DNA of 64,000 nt from Prevotella sp. (GCA_017449495.1 JAFTFO010000017.1:4805-68804), one strand, 5' to 3'. Shown: positions 26,531-36,827, numbered from the stretch's first letter. The notes: generated from the letters alone by a model not told the origin. A program made the numbers and translations.

Positions 26531-27676
26531 ATGCGCAACAGAATGATCCTGGTGGCCCTGGCTCTCTTTCCCCTCATGGCCCTGGCTGAGGGGGAGGGTT
26601 CGAAGACGAGTCAGAATGCGATCGTCAAGGGTGTGATGTGGGTGAAGACGCTCATCGACTCGATGGCCGTGGCCAATGTCGACCGCAGTTACATCGAACA
26701 GCCTGAGCGCCCTTGGGCCGTAGAGGTGCGTTCCGCAGCCAGTCAGTCGACGCTGAAGATGAATGCCGACTGGTCGTTTGAGGGTCTGATGGACGGCTGG
26801 ATGACCACGAAGACCGACAACGGCTTCTCTGCATCGTTAGGCGCCTGGTTGGGGTATCGCGGCTATGGCTTCGGCTGGTCTAAGGAGCTGAAGGGTGGCG
26901 ACGGGTCGACCCTCTCGTTCGGGGCTATGGGCGGCAGCTTCGGCATCAATCTGCGCATTAATACCTACCGCAGTCGGACACCGGATATCTATGCCTATTT
27001 CGGGGGTACGGAAGCGGCGGCACCCATAGTGGAGCATGCAGACCTCGAGGACCCCATCCGTGTCAGGTCGCTCTTCCTCGACGGCTACTACCTGTTCAAC
27101 GGCAAGCACTTCTCCTACGCAGCGGCCTACGACCAGTCGCTCATCCAGCGCCGTTCGGCTGGATCGCTGATTGCAGGACTGATGTACTACCACTCGACCG
27201 TCGCCTTCGACGAAGACTCTAACTGGCCGCTGGTCGTGCTGATGAGGAATGTAGGCAAGCTGAAGTTCACTCAGGCTAATGTGGGAGCGGGCTACGCCTA
27301 TAACTGGGTGCCTGCAAGAGGCTGGCTCGTCAGTGCTCAGGCCATGCCGATGGTGACGTTCTACAATAGGATGAAGACCTATTTTTATGATATCCACAAC
27401 AGTCAGGGGACGAGCATATACAGGAAAATGATGGACGATCCCGACTATAATCCAGAGGAGTCAAACGACCGCTGGGTGATGGATGAGGTCGAAAAGGTGA
27501 AGACGACCAACCGTGTTAGTTGGAACTTCGACGCCCGCATGTCGGTGGTCTATAACTGGAGTAACTGCTATCTGCGGGTTTACGGCCACTACAACCGCTT
27601 CCGCTACAGTAATGACGAGGGCGACGGACGGCAGACTGACTGGACGGCCTACGCCTCGCTTGGTATCAGGTTTTAA
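26531..27676 (+). CDS. Putative outer-membrane beta-barrel protein (DUF4421-like)
   Basis: Start ATG 26531 with a signal peptide. FNGKHFSYAAAYDQSLIQRRSAGS motif, amphipathic strands, C-terminal beta-signal YASLGIRF. Confidence 0.72.
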   Translation: MRNRMILVALALFPLMALAEGEGSKTSQNAIVKGVMWVKTLIDSMAVANVDRSYIEQPERPWAVEVRSAASQSTLKMNADWSFEGLMDGWMTTKTDNGFSASLGAWLGYRGYGFGWSKELKGGDGSTLSFGAMGGSFGINLRINTYRSRTPDIYAYFGGTEAAAPIVEHADLEDPIRVRSLFLDGYYLFNGKHFSYAAAYDQSLIQRRSAGSLIAGLMYYHSTVAFDEDSNWPLVVLMRNVGKLKFTQANVGAGYAYNWVPARGWLVSAQAMPMVTFYNRMKTYFYDIHNSQGTSIYRKMMDDPDYNPEESNDRWVMDEVEKVKTTNRVSWNFDARMSVVYNWSNCYLRVYGHYNRFRYSNDEGDGRQTDWTAYASLGIRF

Positions 27677-28767
27677 TGTTTAGACAGATGACAACAGAGG
27701 AGTTAAGGGATAAGCGAATAGCGGTGTTGCTGTCGGGTGGCGTCGACAGCAGTGTCGTGGTGTATGAGCTGGCGAGGTTCGGGTTCCATCCAGACTGCTT
27801 TTATATTAAGATAGGTCCTGAGGAAGAAGAGGAGTGGGACTGCTCCAGCGAGGAGGATCTGGAGATGGCGACGGCGGTGGCGAGGAAGTACGGCTGTCGG
27901 CTGGAGGTTGTCGACTGCCATCAGGACTATTGGGACAAGGTGACGAAATACACGATGGATAAGGTGCGTGCCGGATTGACGCCCAATCCCGACGTGATGT
28001 GTAACCGTCTCATCAAGTTCGGCGCCTTCGACGAGAAGCGTGGCAGGGACTATGACCTCATCGCAACGGGCCACTATGCCCAGACGGAAACGGATGGCGA
28101 CGGCTGTAAGTGGCTGTGTACCAGTCCCGATCCGGTGAAGGATCAGACGGACTTCCTGGCTCAGATATACGACTGGCAGTTGCGGAAAGCACTCTTCCCC
28201 ATCGGTCATTACATGAAGGACGAGGTGCGCCAGATAGCTGAGCGCGAACATCTGGTGAATGCAAAGCGCAAGGATTCGCAGGGTATTTGCTTCCTGGGTA
28301 AGGTGAACTACAACGACTACCTCCGTCGATATCTGGGCGAAAAGCCCGGCGATGTCGTCGAGTTAGAGACCGGCAAGCGTATCGGCGAGCACAAGGGACT
28401 CTGGTTTCACACCATCGGACAGCGTAAGGGCATGGGCTTCGGAGGCGGTCCGTGGTTCGTGGTGAAGAAGGATGTTGGTATGAATATTCTTTACGTTTCG
28501 CATGGCTACGACCCTGCGACGGCCTATAAGCAGGACTTTCCCGTCCGTGACTTCCATTTCCTCACAAAGTGTCAGACGCCTTGTGAGGTGACGTTCAAGA
28601 TTCGTCATACACCAGAATATCATCCGGCTGTGTTAGAGTGGACGGGAACGAACGAATTTGTTGTACATTCTAAGGAAAAGATTCACGGCGTTGCACCCGG
28701 GCAGTTCTGCGTCGTCTATGACGAAAACCACCATCGCTGCTTGGGTTCAGGGGAAATCTCCATATAA
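27676..28767 (+). CDS. mnmA: tRNA-specific 2-thiouridylase
   Basis: SGGVDS PP-loop, TPNPDVMCNRLIKF, ATGHYA, KDQTDFL, DSQGICF, APGQFCVVY. Confidence 0.95.
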   Translation: MFRQMTTEELRDKRIAVLLSGGVDSSVVVYELARFGFHPDCFYIKIGPEEEEEWDCSSEEDLEMATAVARKYGCRLEVVDCHQDYWDKVTKYTMDKVRAGLTPNPDVMCNRLIKFGAFDEKRGRDYDLIATGHYAQTETDGDGCKWLCTSPDPVKDQTDFLAQIYDWQLRKALFPIGHYMKDEVRQIAEREHLVNAKRKDSQGICFLGKVNYNDYLRRYLGEKPGDVVELETGKRIGEHKGLWFHTIGQRKGMGFGGGPWFVVKKDVGMNILYVSHGYDPATAYKQDFPVRDFHFLTKCQTPCEVTFKIRHTPEYHPAVLEWTGTNEFVVHSKEKIHGVAPGQFCVVYDENHHRCLGSGEISI

Positions 28768-28806
28768 AAATATCCCGCCAAACGAGGTTGGCGGGATGTT
28801 TGTTTT
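28766..28806. terminator. Bidirectional terminator between mnmA and the GH67 gene
   Basis: ATCCCGCCAA (28772-28781) and TTGGCGGGAT (28788-28797), flanked by an A-run and a T-rich run. Confidence 0.75.
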
Positions 28807-30742
28807 ATTTCTTGACAAAACTTCCAAAATAGTCGAGGCAGGTTTTCTGCCACTCCCGGGCGTTCTCCAACTGGTGTTGCATCCGCTCGTCGACCTCCTT
28901 CCAGCGCTGTTCGTCGATGGCGGGTTTGGCCTCCTGCCAGGTGTGACAGAAATCTTCAACTTCTTTTACACCGCGGGCATAGCGCACTTGCAGTTCTTCC
29001 CAGAGGGTGTTGCCGCTCTTTAGACGATATGTCCAAGGCACATGGTGGAACCAGAGCAGATAGCGCTCAGGACAGGTGTTGATATCGTCGTAGAGTGAAC
29101 AATAGGGCTCGCGGTACTGTGCTGTGGCGTCGGAGCCGGTATGGGTACGGTCGAAACCGATGCCGAGAGAGTCGGCACGGTGGTAGTAGACGGGGCACCA
29201 CTCGATGGGGTAGTGGGGGATATAGCCGTCGGGCTCGGGACCGTAGTGCTGGTCGAAGGCGAAGATATGGTGCAGGCCCAAGGGCATCATGTAGTCGACA
29301 CAGGCCTCCCGGGAACGGAGCATCACACTGAGCAGTTGAGAGAAGACGGTCTTTTCGGTGTTAGCGGCATCTTCCGACTGGGCTGAGGGCCGACAGTCGA
29401 AGGTCTGCTTCAGCCATTCCTGGGCGATGGCTTCGGAGGAAAGGAAGGGGTCCCAGGCCAGGCGACCGAAGGCGTACCAGTTGGCTTGTGAGAAATGGTG
29501 GCCGCACCAGTTCTTGTCGAGGCCGATGTTCGACACACCGGCGATGCCTACCAGTCGCTTGGGAGCCACGAATCCGAAGAACTCACGCCACATCGGAGCC
29601 AGATAGACAAGGTGACGCGACTGTCCGAGATACTCTTGTGTGATCTGCAGCTCGGCCATCTGGGAGGTCTGCTGCATGTTGTCGAAGATAGGAGCGTAGG
29701 GCTCTCGCGGCTGGAAGTCAAGGGGACCGTTCTTTGACTGTAGGATGACATTGTCGAGGAACTTCCCGTCGAGGTCCCTGAACTCCGACACGGCTTGCTT
29801 GACGCGGTCTTCGCCCTTGTGGGCGGCGCCGTAGACAAAGCTGCGCCACATGACGATGCCTCCGAATGGCTTCAGGGCCTCGGCCAGTGTGTTGGCGCCA
29901 TCGGCATGGGTGCGCTTGTAGTCGAAGGGACCCGGCTGACCCTCGCTGTTGGCTTTGACGAGGAAGCCTCCGAAGTCGGGAATCAGGGCGTATATCTCTT
30001 TCGCCTTGGCCTTCCACCATGCTTTGACCTTGGCGTTCAGCGGATCGGCCGTCTTCACAGGCTTGCCGCCGTTGAATCCCTTGGCGGGGATGGTCATCGG
30101 CGAGGCGAAGTTCACGGACAGGTAAACCCTGATGCCATAGGGACGCAGGATGTCGGCGATCTCCTTCACTTTGTCGAGATAGGGAGCCGACAGCATCTTC
30201 GGCGAGGCGTTGACATTGTTTAGCACCGTACCGTTGATGCCGATGCTGGCGTTGGCACGGGCATATTCCTTGATGAGACGGGCATCGATGGCCTTTGGCT
30301 GGTCACCGTCGAGGTCCCAGAAGATGCTACGCCCGGCATAGCCACGCTCGATGCTGCCGTCGAGGTTGTCCCAGTGGTTGAGGATCCTGTACCTGAAGAA
30401 CGGCTTCTCGACGGTGCCCGGACGGATGGCCGTCGGGGCATTCTGACTCCTCAGCAGGGCATAGGCGCCATAGAGCAGCCCGAGGTCGTCCTTGGCTTGG
30501 ATGGTCATCTTCCCGTCCTTGCCACTGACCTGATAGGCTTCGTCAGGCAGCGAGGCGTCGATGGTCAGCGTGACCTCCTGGCCGTTGTAATAATTCTTCA
30601 ACTCGTTGGCGGCCAGGCAGTTGGTGCCTGTCACCTTCGCTTGGTTCACGGGTTCGTAGCGCAGCCATAGCCGACTACCGTCTTCTGCTCTTGCCGAAAG
30701 GATCAGCATCAGGGTCAGTGATAGGGTTATTACTCTTCTCAT
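28805..30742 (-). CDS. aguA: Alpha-glucuronidase, GH67
   Basis: 645 aa. Signal peptide, EDGSRLWLRY, RILNHWDNLDGSIERGYAG, FLVKANSEGQPGP, KNGPLDFQPREP, ELQITQEYLGQ. Confidence 0.92.
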   Translation of the reverse strand: MRRVITLSLTLMLILSARAEDGSRLWLRYEPVNQAKVTGTNCLAANELKNYYNGQEVTLTIDASLPDEAYQVSGKDGKMTIQAKDDLGLLYGAYALLRSQNAPTAIRPGTVEKPFFRYRILNHWDNLDGSIERGYAGRSIFWDLDGDQPKAIDARLIKEYARANASIGINGTVLNNVNASPKMLSAPYLDKVKEIADILRPYGIRVYLSVNFASPMTIPAKGFNGGKPVKTADPLNAKVKAWWKAKAKEIYALIPDFGGFLVKANSEGQPGPFDYKRTHADGANTLAEALKPFGGIVMWRSFVYGAAHKGEDRVKQAVSEFRDLDGKFLDNVILQSKNGPLDFQPREPYAPIFDNMQQTSQMAELQITQEYLGQSRHLVYLAPMWREFFGFVAPKRLVGIAGVSNIGLDKNWCGHHFSQANWYAFGRLAWDPFLSSEAIAQEWLKQTFDCRPSAQSEDAANTEKTVFSQLLSVMLRSREACVDYMMPLGLHHIFAFDQHYGPEPDGYIPHYPIEWCPVYYHRADSLGIGFDRTHTGSDATAQYREPYCSLYDDINTCPERYLLWFHHVPWTYRLKSGNTLWEELQVRYARGVKEVEDFCHTWQEAKPAIDEQRWKEVDERMQHQLENAREWQKTCLDYFGSFVKK

Positions 30743-30927
30743 TGTGATAGCATTTACTTCATTGATTGCCGATGCAAAGATACGAAATCATTTCCAATGC
30801 ACCAAATATATCATCACTTATTTTTCCGTGACAGTGCTATTACAGCCCTGGCGGACAGAGGCGGCTGGTGCATCGGGTTGACTTATTTAATTATTTTTAT
30901 TTTAAATATATATTTCTGCTCATTTAA

Positions 30928-30959
30928 TTTGGCTAATTCAAGAAAAATGTATAATTTTG
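30928..30959 (+). promoter_or_regulatory. Promoter of the polysaccharide locus
   Basis: TTTG (30928-30931), 20 nt spacer, TAATTTTG (30952-30959), followed by a leader of about 135 nt. Confidence 0.7.
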
Positions 30960-31102
30960 CACCCGTTATAGAAAGTCGATTCCTATATAATCTGCGAGCC
31001 TTCAGCTCTCCGGCGGAGGGGGTAAGACTGCCTATATCCTTGATGGTCAGAATATTAAACAGCTTCCGGCGGGGTCTTTCCCTGCTGGGGGAAGGGAAGA
31101 AA

Positions 31103-31633
31103 ATGCAACAGAAAGAACAGAGATGGATGGTGGTTCGCACCTTCAACAGACATGAAATGATCGTGAGTGACTTCCTGAAACAGGAAGGTTTGACGTGCTT
31201 CATACCGATGCGGTTTACTGAAAAACAGGTCGGGGATGACTCCAAGCCCCATCGGCTCTTAGTCCCTGTCATTCATAACTATGTGTTTGTCAGGCAGGAG
31301 ATGCCAATGAGTCAGTTCAGTTCGATGTTGGCTAAATGTGCTACACCCCTTTACATTCTGAAACACAGGGATACAGACCGTCCGGTGGAGATTAACAATC
31401 GTGAGATGGTAGAGTTCCGCATGCTGTGCGACCCGGCTTTTGAACAGCAGGTAAATGTCATACAGCAAGGGGATGAACCAGAGGTCGGAAAGGAAGTCGA
31501 GATTATCCATGGCCCATTTGCAGGTGTCCATGGCAGGTTATACAGGAAGCAGAAAAAGTACTGGTTCGTGAAGACAATAGCGGGCATCAGCGTTGAGTTG
31601 CGCATTACCCGTTGGTTCTGTAGGCCAGTCTGA
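31103..31633 (+). CDS. upxY: UpxY-family (NusG-like) transcription antiterminator
   Basis: Start ATG 31103 (MQQKEQRWMVVRT). NGN motifs CFIPM and VPVIHNYVFV, KOW motif GKEVEIIHGPFAGVHG. First gene of a polysaccharide locus. Confidence 0.88.
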   Translation: MQQKEQRWMVVRTFNRHEMIVSDFLKQEGLTCFIPMRFTEKQVGDDSKPHRLLVPVIHNYVFVRQEMPMSQFSSMLAKCATPLYILKHRDTDRPVEINNREMVEFRMLCDPAFEQQVNVIQQGDEPEVGKEVEIIHGPFAGVHGRLYRKQKKYWFVKTIAGISVELRITRWFCRPV

Positions 31634-31680
31634 CGTATTCGGCATGATGCCGTTCTGGTGATTATTATTTTTAATCGATT

Positions 31681-34191
31681 ATGAATAAATTTGTTTTAAC
31701 GATGTTGCTTTTACTCAGTGCAGTGTTGTCACATGCCCAGGGTATGAGCGACGCTCAGGTAATGAGGTACATCCAGAGGGAGGCCAAGGCCGGAACCTCT
31801 CAGTCGCAGATTGCTGTGAAGCTGATGCAACGCGGTGTTGACATGAAGCAGTTGCAGCGTGTCCGTCAGCAGGTGTCTTCGGCTCAAGGTAGTTCTTCGT
31901 CGGCTTCAAGTGCAAGTGGTGGCACTGTCAGTGGAAACAGCCGACTCAGAAGGAGCAACGGCTCGGTGATGGTCGATGCTCAGGGTAATCCGCTCTATTC
32001 GCAAACCAGTGCTTTTGCGATGGGAGCAGCCGGTGAGATAGAAGATATCTCATCGCGTCCCAATGTGTATCTCCCCGATAGCATGAGTACGATGGTGAAT
32101 GGTAAGCATGTCTTTGGCCGTGATATCTTTAACAAACGTATGCTGACATTCGAGCCGAACATGAACATCGCTACCCCGCAGAACTATGTGGTAGGTGCTG
32201 GCGACCATGTCATCATCGATGTCTATGGTGCTTCTCAGAAGTCAGAGCAGTTGGAGGTGTCACCCGAAGGGACCATTATTGTGGAAGGTTTCGGTCCCAT
32301 CCATATTGCCGGCCTGACAGTTTCGGCTGCTAATGCAAAGATCAAACAGCAGTTAGGACAGCGCTATAAGAGCTCGAGCGTCAAAATGACAGTAGGACAG
32401 ACCCGCACGATTACGGTCAATGTGATGGGTGAGGTAACAGCCCCAGGTACGTACACTCTGTCTGCTTTTGCCAGTGTGTTCCATGCACTCTATATGGCTG
32501 GAGGTGTCACGGGTGTCGGTACGCTGCGAAGCATCAAGGTCTATAGGGGTGGTCGTCAGTTGACAGTGGTCGATGTATATGACTATATCCTTAACGGCAA
32601 ACTGACTGGTAATGTCCGTTTGGCAGACAACGACGTGATTGTTGTCGGGCCTTATGACTGCCTTGTCGATATTTCTGGTCAGGTGAAGAGACCCATGGCT
32701 TATGAAATGCGAAAGGGCGAGAGCCTGGCAACGCTGCTGAAGTATGCTGGCGGTTTCTCAGCCAAGGCTTATAGAAAGGGCGTTCAGGTGAATCGCGTCT
32801 CTGGAGAGCGGTACTCTGCCCATAATGTTCCAGAGTTTGACCTGAGTAGTTTTAAGTTGATGGACGGTGACTCTGTCACGGTAGACTCTATCCTTGAACG
32901 TTATGCAAATACCGTTCAGATCAATGGTGCCGTATTCCATCCTGGTATGTATGATTGGGGAACTTCGAACACAACGGTCCGTTCTCTGATTGAGAGTGCT
33001 GGTGGTTTGACGGAGGATGCTTTTTCTGCACATGCCGTGCTCCATCGTATGAAAGCCGACCGTGTACGTAAAGTGCTCTCTGTCGACGTAGAGGGCATCA
33101 TGGCCGGAACCGTTGCCGACCTGCCTCTGGAGAATGAAGACGTCCTTTTCATTCCTTTCCGCAGTGAAACATTGAACGAGCGTACACTGACGATCCGTGG
33201 TGAGATACAGATGCCCGGCGTATATGAATATGCTGAGGATGAGACCATCGAAGACTTTATCCTACAGGCTGGCGGTCTTACGGACGCAGCCTCCACGGCT
33301 CGTGTTGACGTGTCAAGGCGTATCTCTGACCCTGGTGCGACAACAGCTTCTAATGAGATAGCAAAAGTATTCTCGTTTACAATCAAGAACGGAATGGTCG
33401 TCGATGGCGACCGGAGCTTTACCTTGGATCCGTATGATGAGGTCTATGTGCGTCGCAGCCCAGCCTATCAGCCTCAGCGTAATGTGCTGATCGATGGCGA
33501 AGTGCTTTTCCCCGGACAGTATTCTCTTTCCACAAAGAACCAGCGTATCTCAGAGCTTGTAAAGGCTGCGGGGGGTGTGACGGATCAGGCTTATGTCAGA
33601 GGTGCCCGTATAGAACGTGTCATGACGGAGGATGAGAAGTTCCGTAACCGTCAGGTATTGGATCTGGTGAGACAGAAAGGTCAGAATGCAGGGTTGGATA
33701 TGGTCATGCAGGACGAGGAGGCTGCCGATTATGATATCAATCAGGCTCGTGACAGTGTGGAGAATGATACCGTCCGTTACTCTGTAGGTATCGAGTTGGA
33801 TAAGGCCTTGGCTAATCCCGGCTCAGACTATGATGTCACCTTAAAGGAGGGTGATCGTCTGATTGTGCCTGAATATAATGGAACTGTGAAGATCAATGGT
33901 AATGTGATGTATCCGAATACGGTTGCGTATAGTGATGGTAAAAAATATAAGTGGTACGTGAATCAGGCTGGTGGCTTTGGCAGTCGCTCTAAGAAGTCAC
34001 GCTCTTTTGTGGTCTATCAGAATGGTACGGTATCGAAGGCAAGAAAAGCCAAGATAGAACCTGGATGTGAGATTATTGTGCCCTCTAAGACAACGACGGC
34101 CAGTGATGTCATTGGACAGGTCGGAGCGGTTGGAACCTCTATGGCTACGCTCTTGACCTTGTTGATATCTGTTGTTAATTTAGTGAAGTAA
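31681..34191 (+). CDS. Polysaccharide export protein with multiple SLBB repeats (Wza/KpsD-like)
   Basis: 836 aa. Signal peptide, FGRDIF...NYVVGAGDHVIIDVYG Poly_export motif, repeated V-x-GEV-x-x-PG-x-Y...AGG units. Confidence 0.88.
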   Translation: MNKFVLTMLLLLSAVLSHAQGMSDAQVMRYIQREAKAGTSQSQIAVKLMQRGVDMKQLQRVRQQVSSAQGSSSSASSASGGTVSGNSRLRRSNGSVMVDAQGNPLYSQTSAFAMGAAGEIEDISSRPNVYLPDSMSTMVNGKHVFGRDIFNKRMLTFEPNMNIATPQNYVVGAGDHVIIDVYGASQKSEQLEVSPEGTIIVEGFGPIHIAGLTVSAANAKIKQQLGQRYKSSSVKMTVGQTRTITVNVMGEVTAPGTYTLSAFASVFHALYMAGGVTGVGTLRSIKVYRGGRQLTVVDVYDYILNGKLTGNVRLADNDVIVVGPYDCLVDISGQVKRPMAYEMRKGESLATLLKYAGGFSAKAYRKGVQVNRVSGERYSAHNVPEFDLSSFKLMDGDSVTVDSILERYANTVQINGAVFHPGMYDWGTSNTTVRSLIESAGGLTEDAFSAHAVLHRMKADRVRKVLSVDVEGIMAGTVADLPLENEDVLFIPFRSETLNERTLTIRGEIQMPGVYEYAEDETIEDFILQAGGLTDAASTARVDVSRRISDPGATTASNEIAKVFSFTIKNGMVVDGDRSFTLDPYDEVYVRRSPAYQPQRNVLIDGEVLFPGQYSLSTKNQRISELVKAAGGVTDQAYVRGARIERVMTEDEKFRNRQVLDLVRQKGQNAGLDMVMQDEEAADYDINQARDSVENDTVRYSVGIELDKALANPGSDYDVTLKEGDRLIVPEYNGTVKINGNVMYPNTVAYSDGKKYKWYVNQAGGFGSRSKKSRSFVVYQNGTVSKARKAKIEPGCEIIVPSKTTTASDVIGQVGAVGTSMATLLTLLISVVNLVK

Positions 34192-34192
34192 A

Positions 34193-35308
34193 ATGGTGTC
34201 AGATATGGAAGAAGTGCAGCATAAGAACAAGAAAGAACCGGTCATTGATTTCCCTCGTCTTTGGGCTGCTTTGGTGCGGCGCAAGATGACATATTTTAAG
34301 GTGATTCCTACCGTCATATTAGTGGTCTGGATAATCACCCTTGGCTTGCCAGATTATTATAAGTGTAAAATCCAATTGGCTCCGGAGGATAATTCTGGTG
34401 GAAGTGCAGGCACACTAGCCATGTTGGCAAGTTCCTTTGGCGTAAATCTTGGAGGAGGGTCACAAAGTAGTGATGCTATAACAGTAATGCTATATCCTGA
34501 TTTACTGAATAGCGTAGAGTTTAAAGCTTCATTATTTAATATTATGATAAAACGTCCAACCGACAAGGCTCCCATGACTTATTATGATTATCTAAAGTAT
34601 GAGCAGAAAGAGGCTTGGTGGCTTTTAGCTAAGGAGAACTTACTTAACTTCTTACATGGTGAAGAGAAAGAGAAAAGACAAAATCAGCATATAGATCCTT
34701 TTAAGCTAACTCCTGAGCAGGCTGGTGTTTCGGGAATGATTAATTCTAGGATTTCTTGCGATATTGTTAACAGCGTGGAAAAAGTAAAGTCGCTAATTAC
34801 TGTTGAGGTGATAGATCAGGACCCTTATGTGGCGGCAATGTTGGCTGATTCTGTAAAAGTACATCTTCAGAATTACATTACAGATTACAAGACTAAAAAG
34901 GCGCGATATGATTTGGAGTTCACTGAAAAGCTTTACAAAGATGCAAAGAAAAGTTATGAACGGGCTCGCCAGCTGTATGCTGATTATATGGACTCTAATC
35001 ATGATGTGATTATTGAGAACGTCCGGCAGAAACAAACTGATTTGGAAAATGAGATGCAACTTCGATATAATAATTATAATGCTGTTAGCACTCAGTTATT
35101 GGCTGCCAAAGTAAGAGTACAGGAAGTAACTCCAGCATTTACAACTCTTCAGGCTGCGACAGTTCCCTTGTGGCCCTCAGGTCCTAATAGAAGTCGTCTG
35201 GTTATTTTATTTACAATAGCAGCGTTATTTTTTACAACGATTTGGATTTTGTTTGATGAAGATGAAATCAGACCTTTGTTAGGCTTGGCAGATAAGGTAA
35301 AAGATTGA
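34193..35308 (+). CDS. Polysaccharide chain-length determinant (Wzz-like co-polymerase)
   Basis: 371 aa. Two terminal TMs, LASSFGVNL, LYPDLL, coiled coil, TPAFTTLQAATVP...GPNR. Confidence 0.85.
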   Translation: MVSDMEEVQHKNKKEPVIDFPRLWAALVRRKMTYFKVIPTVILVVWIITLGLPDYYKCKIQLAPEDNSGGSAGTLAMLASSFGVNLGGGSQSSDAITVMLYPDLLNSVEFKASLFNIMIKRPTDKAPMTYYDYLKYEQKEAWWLLAKENLLNFLHGEEKEKRQNQHIDPFKLTPEQAGVSGMINSRISCDIVNSVEKVKSLITVEVIDQDPYVAAMLADSVKVHLQNYITDYKTKKARYDLEFTEKLYKDAKKSYERARQLYADYMDSNHDVIIENVRQKQTDLENEMQLRYNNYNAVSTQLLAAKVRVQEVTPAFTTLQAATVPLWPSGPNRSRLVILFTIAALFFTTIWILFDEDEIRPLLGLADKVKD

Positions 35309-35333
35309 AAAGGCTTGATGATAAAATGACATA

Positions 35334-36824
35334 ATGAAGAAATTGTTCTATTGTACCAGTTCCTTACATAATCCACATGCGGGGGTTATGCTTAATAAAA
35401 TGTTGGCAGACAAAAAAAAAGGTGCAGAGGTCATCATGGCATATTGTAACCGTGCGCTACCTTCATGTATTACAAATGTCCATGGAAACAAGGGCGTTTG
35501 CGCAGTGTGTAGGCACATGCATCGCCAAATTATAAATAACTATCTATCTGATATTCAGGTTATAGAAGTCTCGGAAAACTTATTTGGTAAAAGTGATAAT
35601 TCTTTCTCTTATGATGACATACTGGATCTAAAGAAGATTGTATATCGGGATGTTAATATAGGACTGTCACTCCATTCATATTTTGTGACTATAACCAGAA
35701 AACCTTCTGGTAAGGTCTCTCTGGCAGAAAGACAGTATTTTGACCAAATTTTGTCTTCACTTTGCCGATTCGTTGACTATGCTTATAAGTTAGTAGATGA
35801 AATCAAGCCAGACATGATAACTATCTATAATGGTAGAATGTTTGAGAACCGCCTGTTTTATGAAATAGCAGTTAACAAAGGGATAGAATTTGAGTCGGAG
35901 GAAGTTTGTTGGAGAATAAATCAGCCCTCGATACGTGTCGAGTACCATGGTGGATTACCTTTGGATATAAAACAATTGACCCAGATGTCCAAGGATTTAT
36001 GGAATAATTCCAAACGTTCTGAGAAAGAAAAGATAGAGGTGGGTTCATCTTTTTTCTTGAATAGAAGGAATGGGAAGCCCACTAACGATTTCATATACAT
36101 TGATAATCAAATCAATAACTTGCTTCCAGATGAATATAGTGGAGATGAACGTAATTTCGTGATTTTCAACTCCTCAGAGGATGAGATCGTTTCTTTAGGG
36201 GGAGAATGGGATGAAGACAATTTGTTTGAATCCCAGGTAGAAGCCATTCGTTTCGTCACAGATCATCTTCCGGAAAATGCTCATTTGTATCTTCGTATCC
36301 ATCCGAATCTTAAAGGACTGAATGCTGAGTACCATACAAATTTATATAAATTGAAAGATAAACGTCTGACAATTATCCCGCCAGAGAGCCCTATTAGTTC
36401 GTATGCACTAATGGATATTGCAGAAAAAGTTATAGTAATGGGGTCTACTATGGGTGTAGAAAGTTGTTATTGGGGGAAGCCTGTTATCAGTCTTCACAAA
36501 TCAGAATATTATTATTTGGGTGTTGCATATAATCCCCAGACTAAAGATGAACTAGTTAGATTCCTTAATGACAAGCTGACTCCCAAAGAGAAAAAGGGTG
36601 CTTTGCTTTATGGCTATTTCTATATGGCACTTGATGAGCGGGCAATAACAGACAATGAGGTAGAATTCAATCTTTACACGGATACTTTTATGGGAAAGAA
36701 GGTATCTGGGGTGGTTGAATATTTGAAGTTTTGCGGGTCAAGTGTGTTATTTAGATTATTATATCCAAGATTTGTTGCTCACTTTACTAGATTCTTTAAT
36801 AACACGGTTTCTTTACCAGTATAA
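35334..36824 (+). CDS. Capsule-biosynthesis protein, KpsS/Capsule_synth-like GT-B fold
   Basis: 496 aa. IYNGR, YLRIHP, SSYALMD, GSTMGVESCYWGKPVI, and an N-terminal 4-Cys cluster. Confidence 0.6.
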   Translation: MKKLFYCTSSLHNPHAGVMLNKMLADKKKGAEVIMAYCNRALPSCITNVHGNKGVCAVCRHMHRQIINNYLSDIQVIEVSENLFGKSDNSFSYDDILDLKKIVYRDVNIGLSLHSYFVTITRKPSGKVSLAERQYFDQILSSLCRFVDYAYKLVDEIKPDMITIYNGRMFENRLFYEIAVNKGIEFESEEVCWRINQPSIRVEYHGGLPLDIKQLTQMSKDLWNNSKRSEKEKIEVGSSFFLNRRNGKPTNDFIYIDNQINNLLPDEYSGDERNFVIFNSSEDEIVSLGGEWDEDNLFESQVEAIRFVTDHLPENAHLYLRIHPNLKGLNAEYHTNLYKLKDKRLTIIPPESPISSYALMDIAEKVIVMGSTMGVESCYWGKPVISLHKSEYYYLGVAYNPQTKDELVRFLNDKLTPKEKKGALLYGYFYMALDERAITDNEVEFNLYTDTFMGKKVSGVVEYLKFCGSSVLFRLLYPRFVAHFTRFFNNTVSLPV

Positions 36825-36827
36825 AAG

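Noticed and set aside
30780-31100. Invertible (phase-variable) capsule promoter
   Set aside because: No flanking inverted repeats found by eye and no recombinase gene nearby.
30797-31102. 102-aa N-terminal extension of UpxY
   Set aside because: It spans the AT-rich promoter and leader. The NGN domain starts right after ATG 31103.
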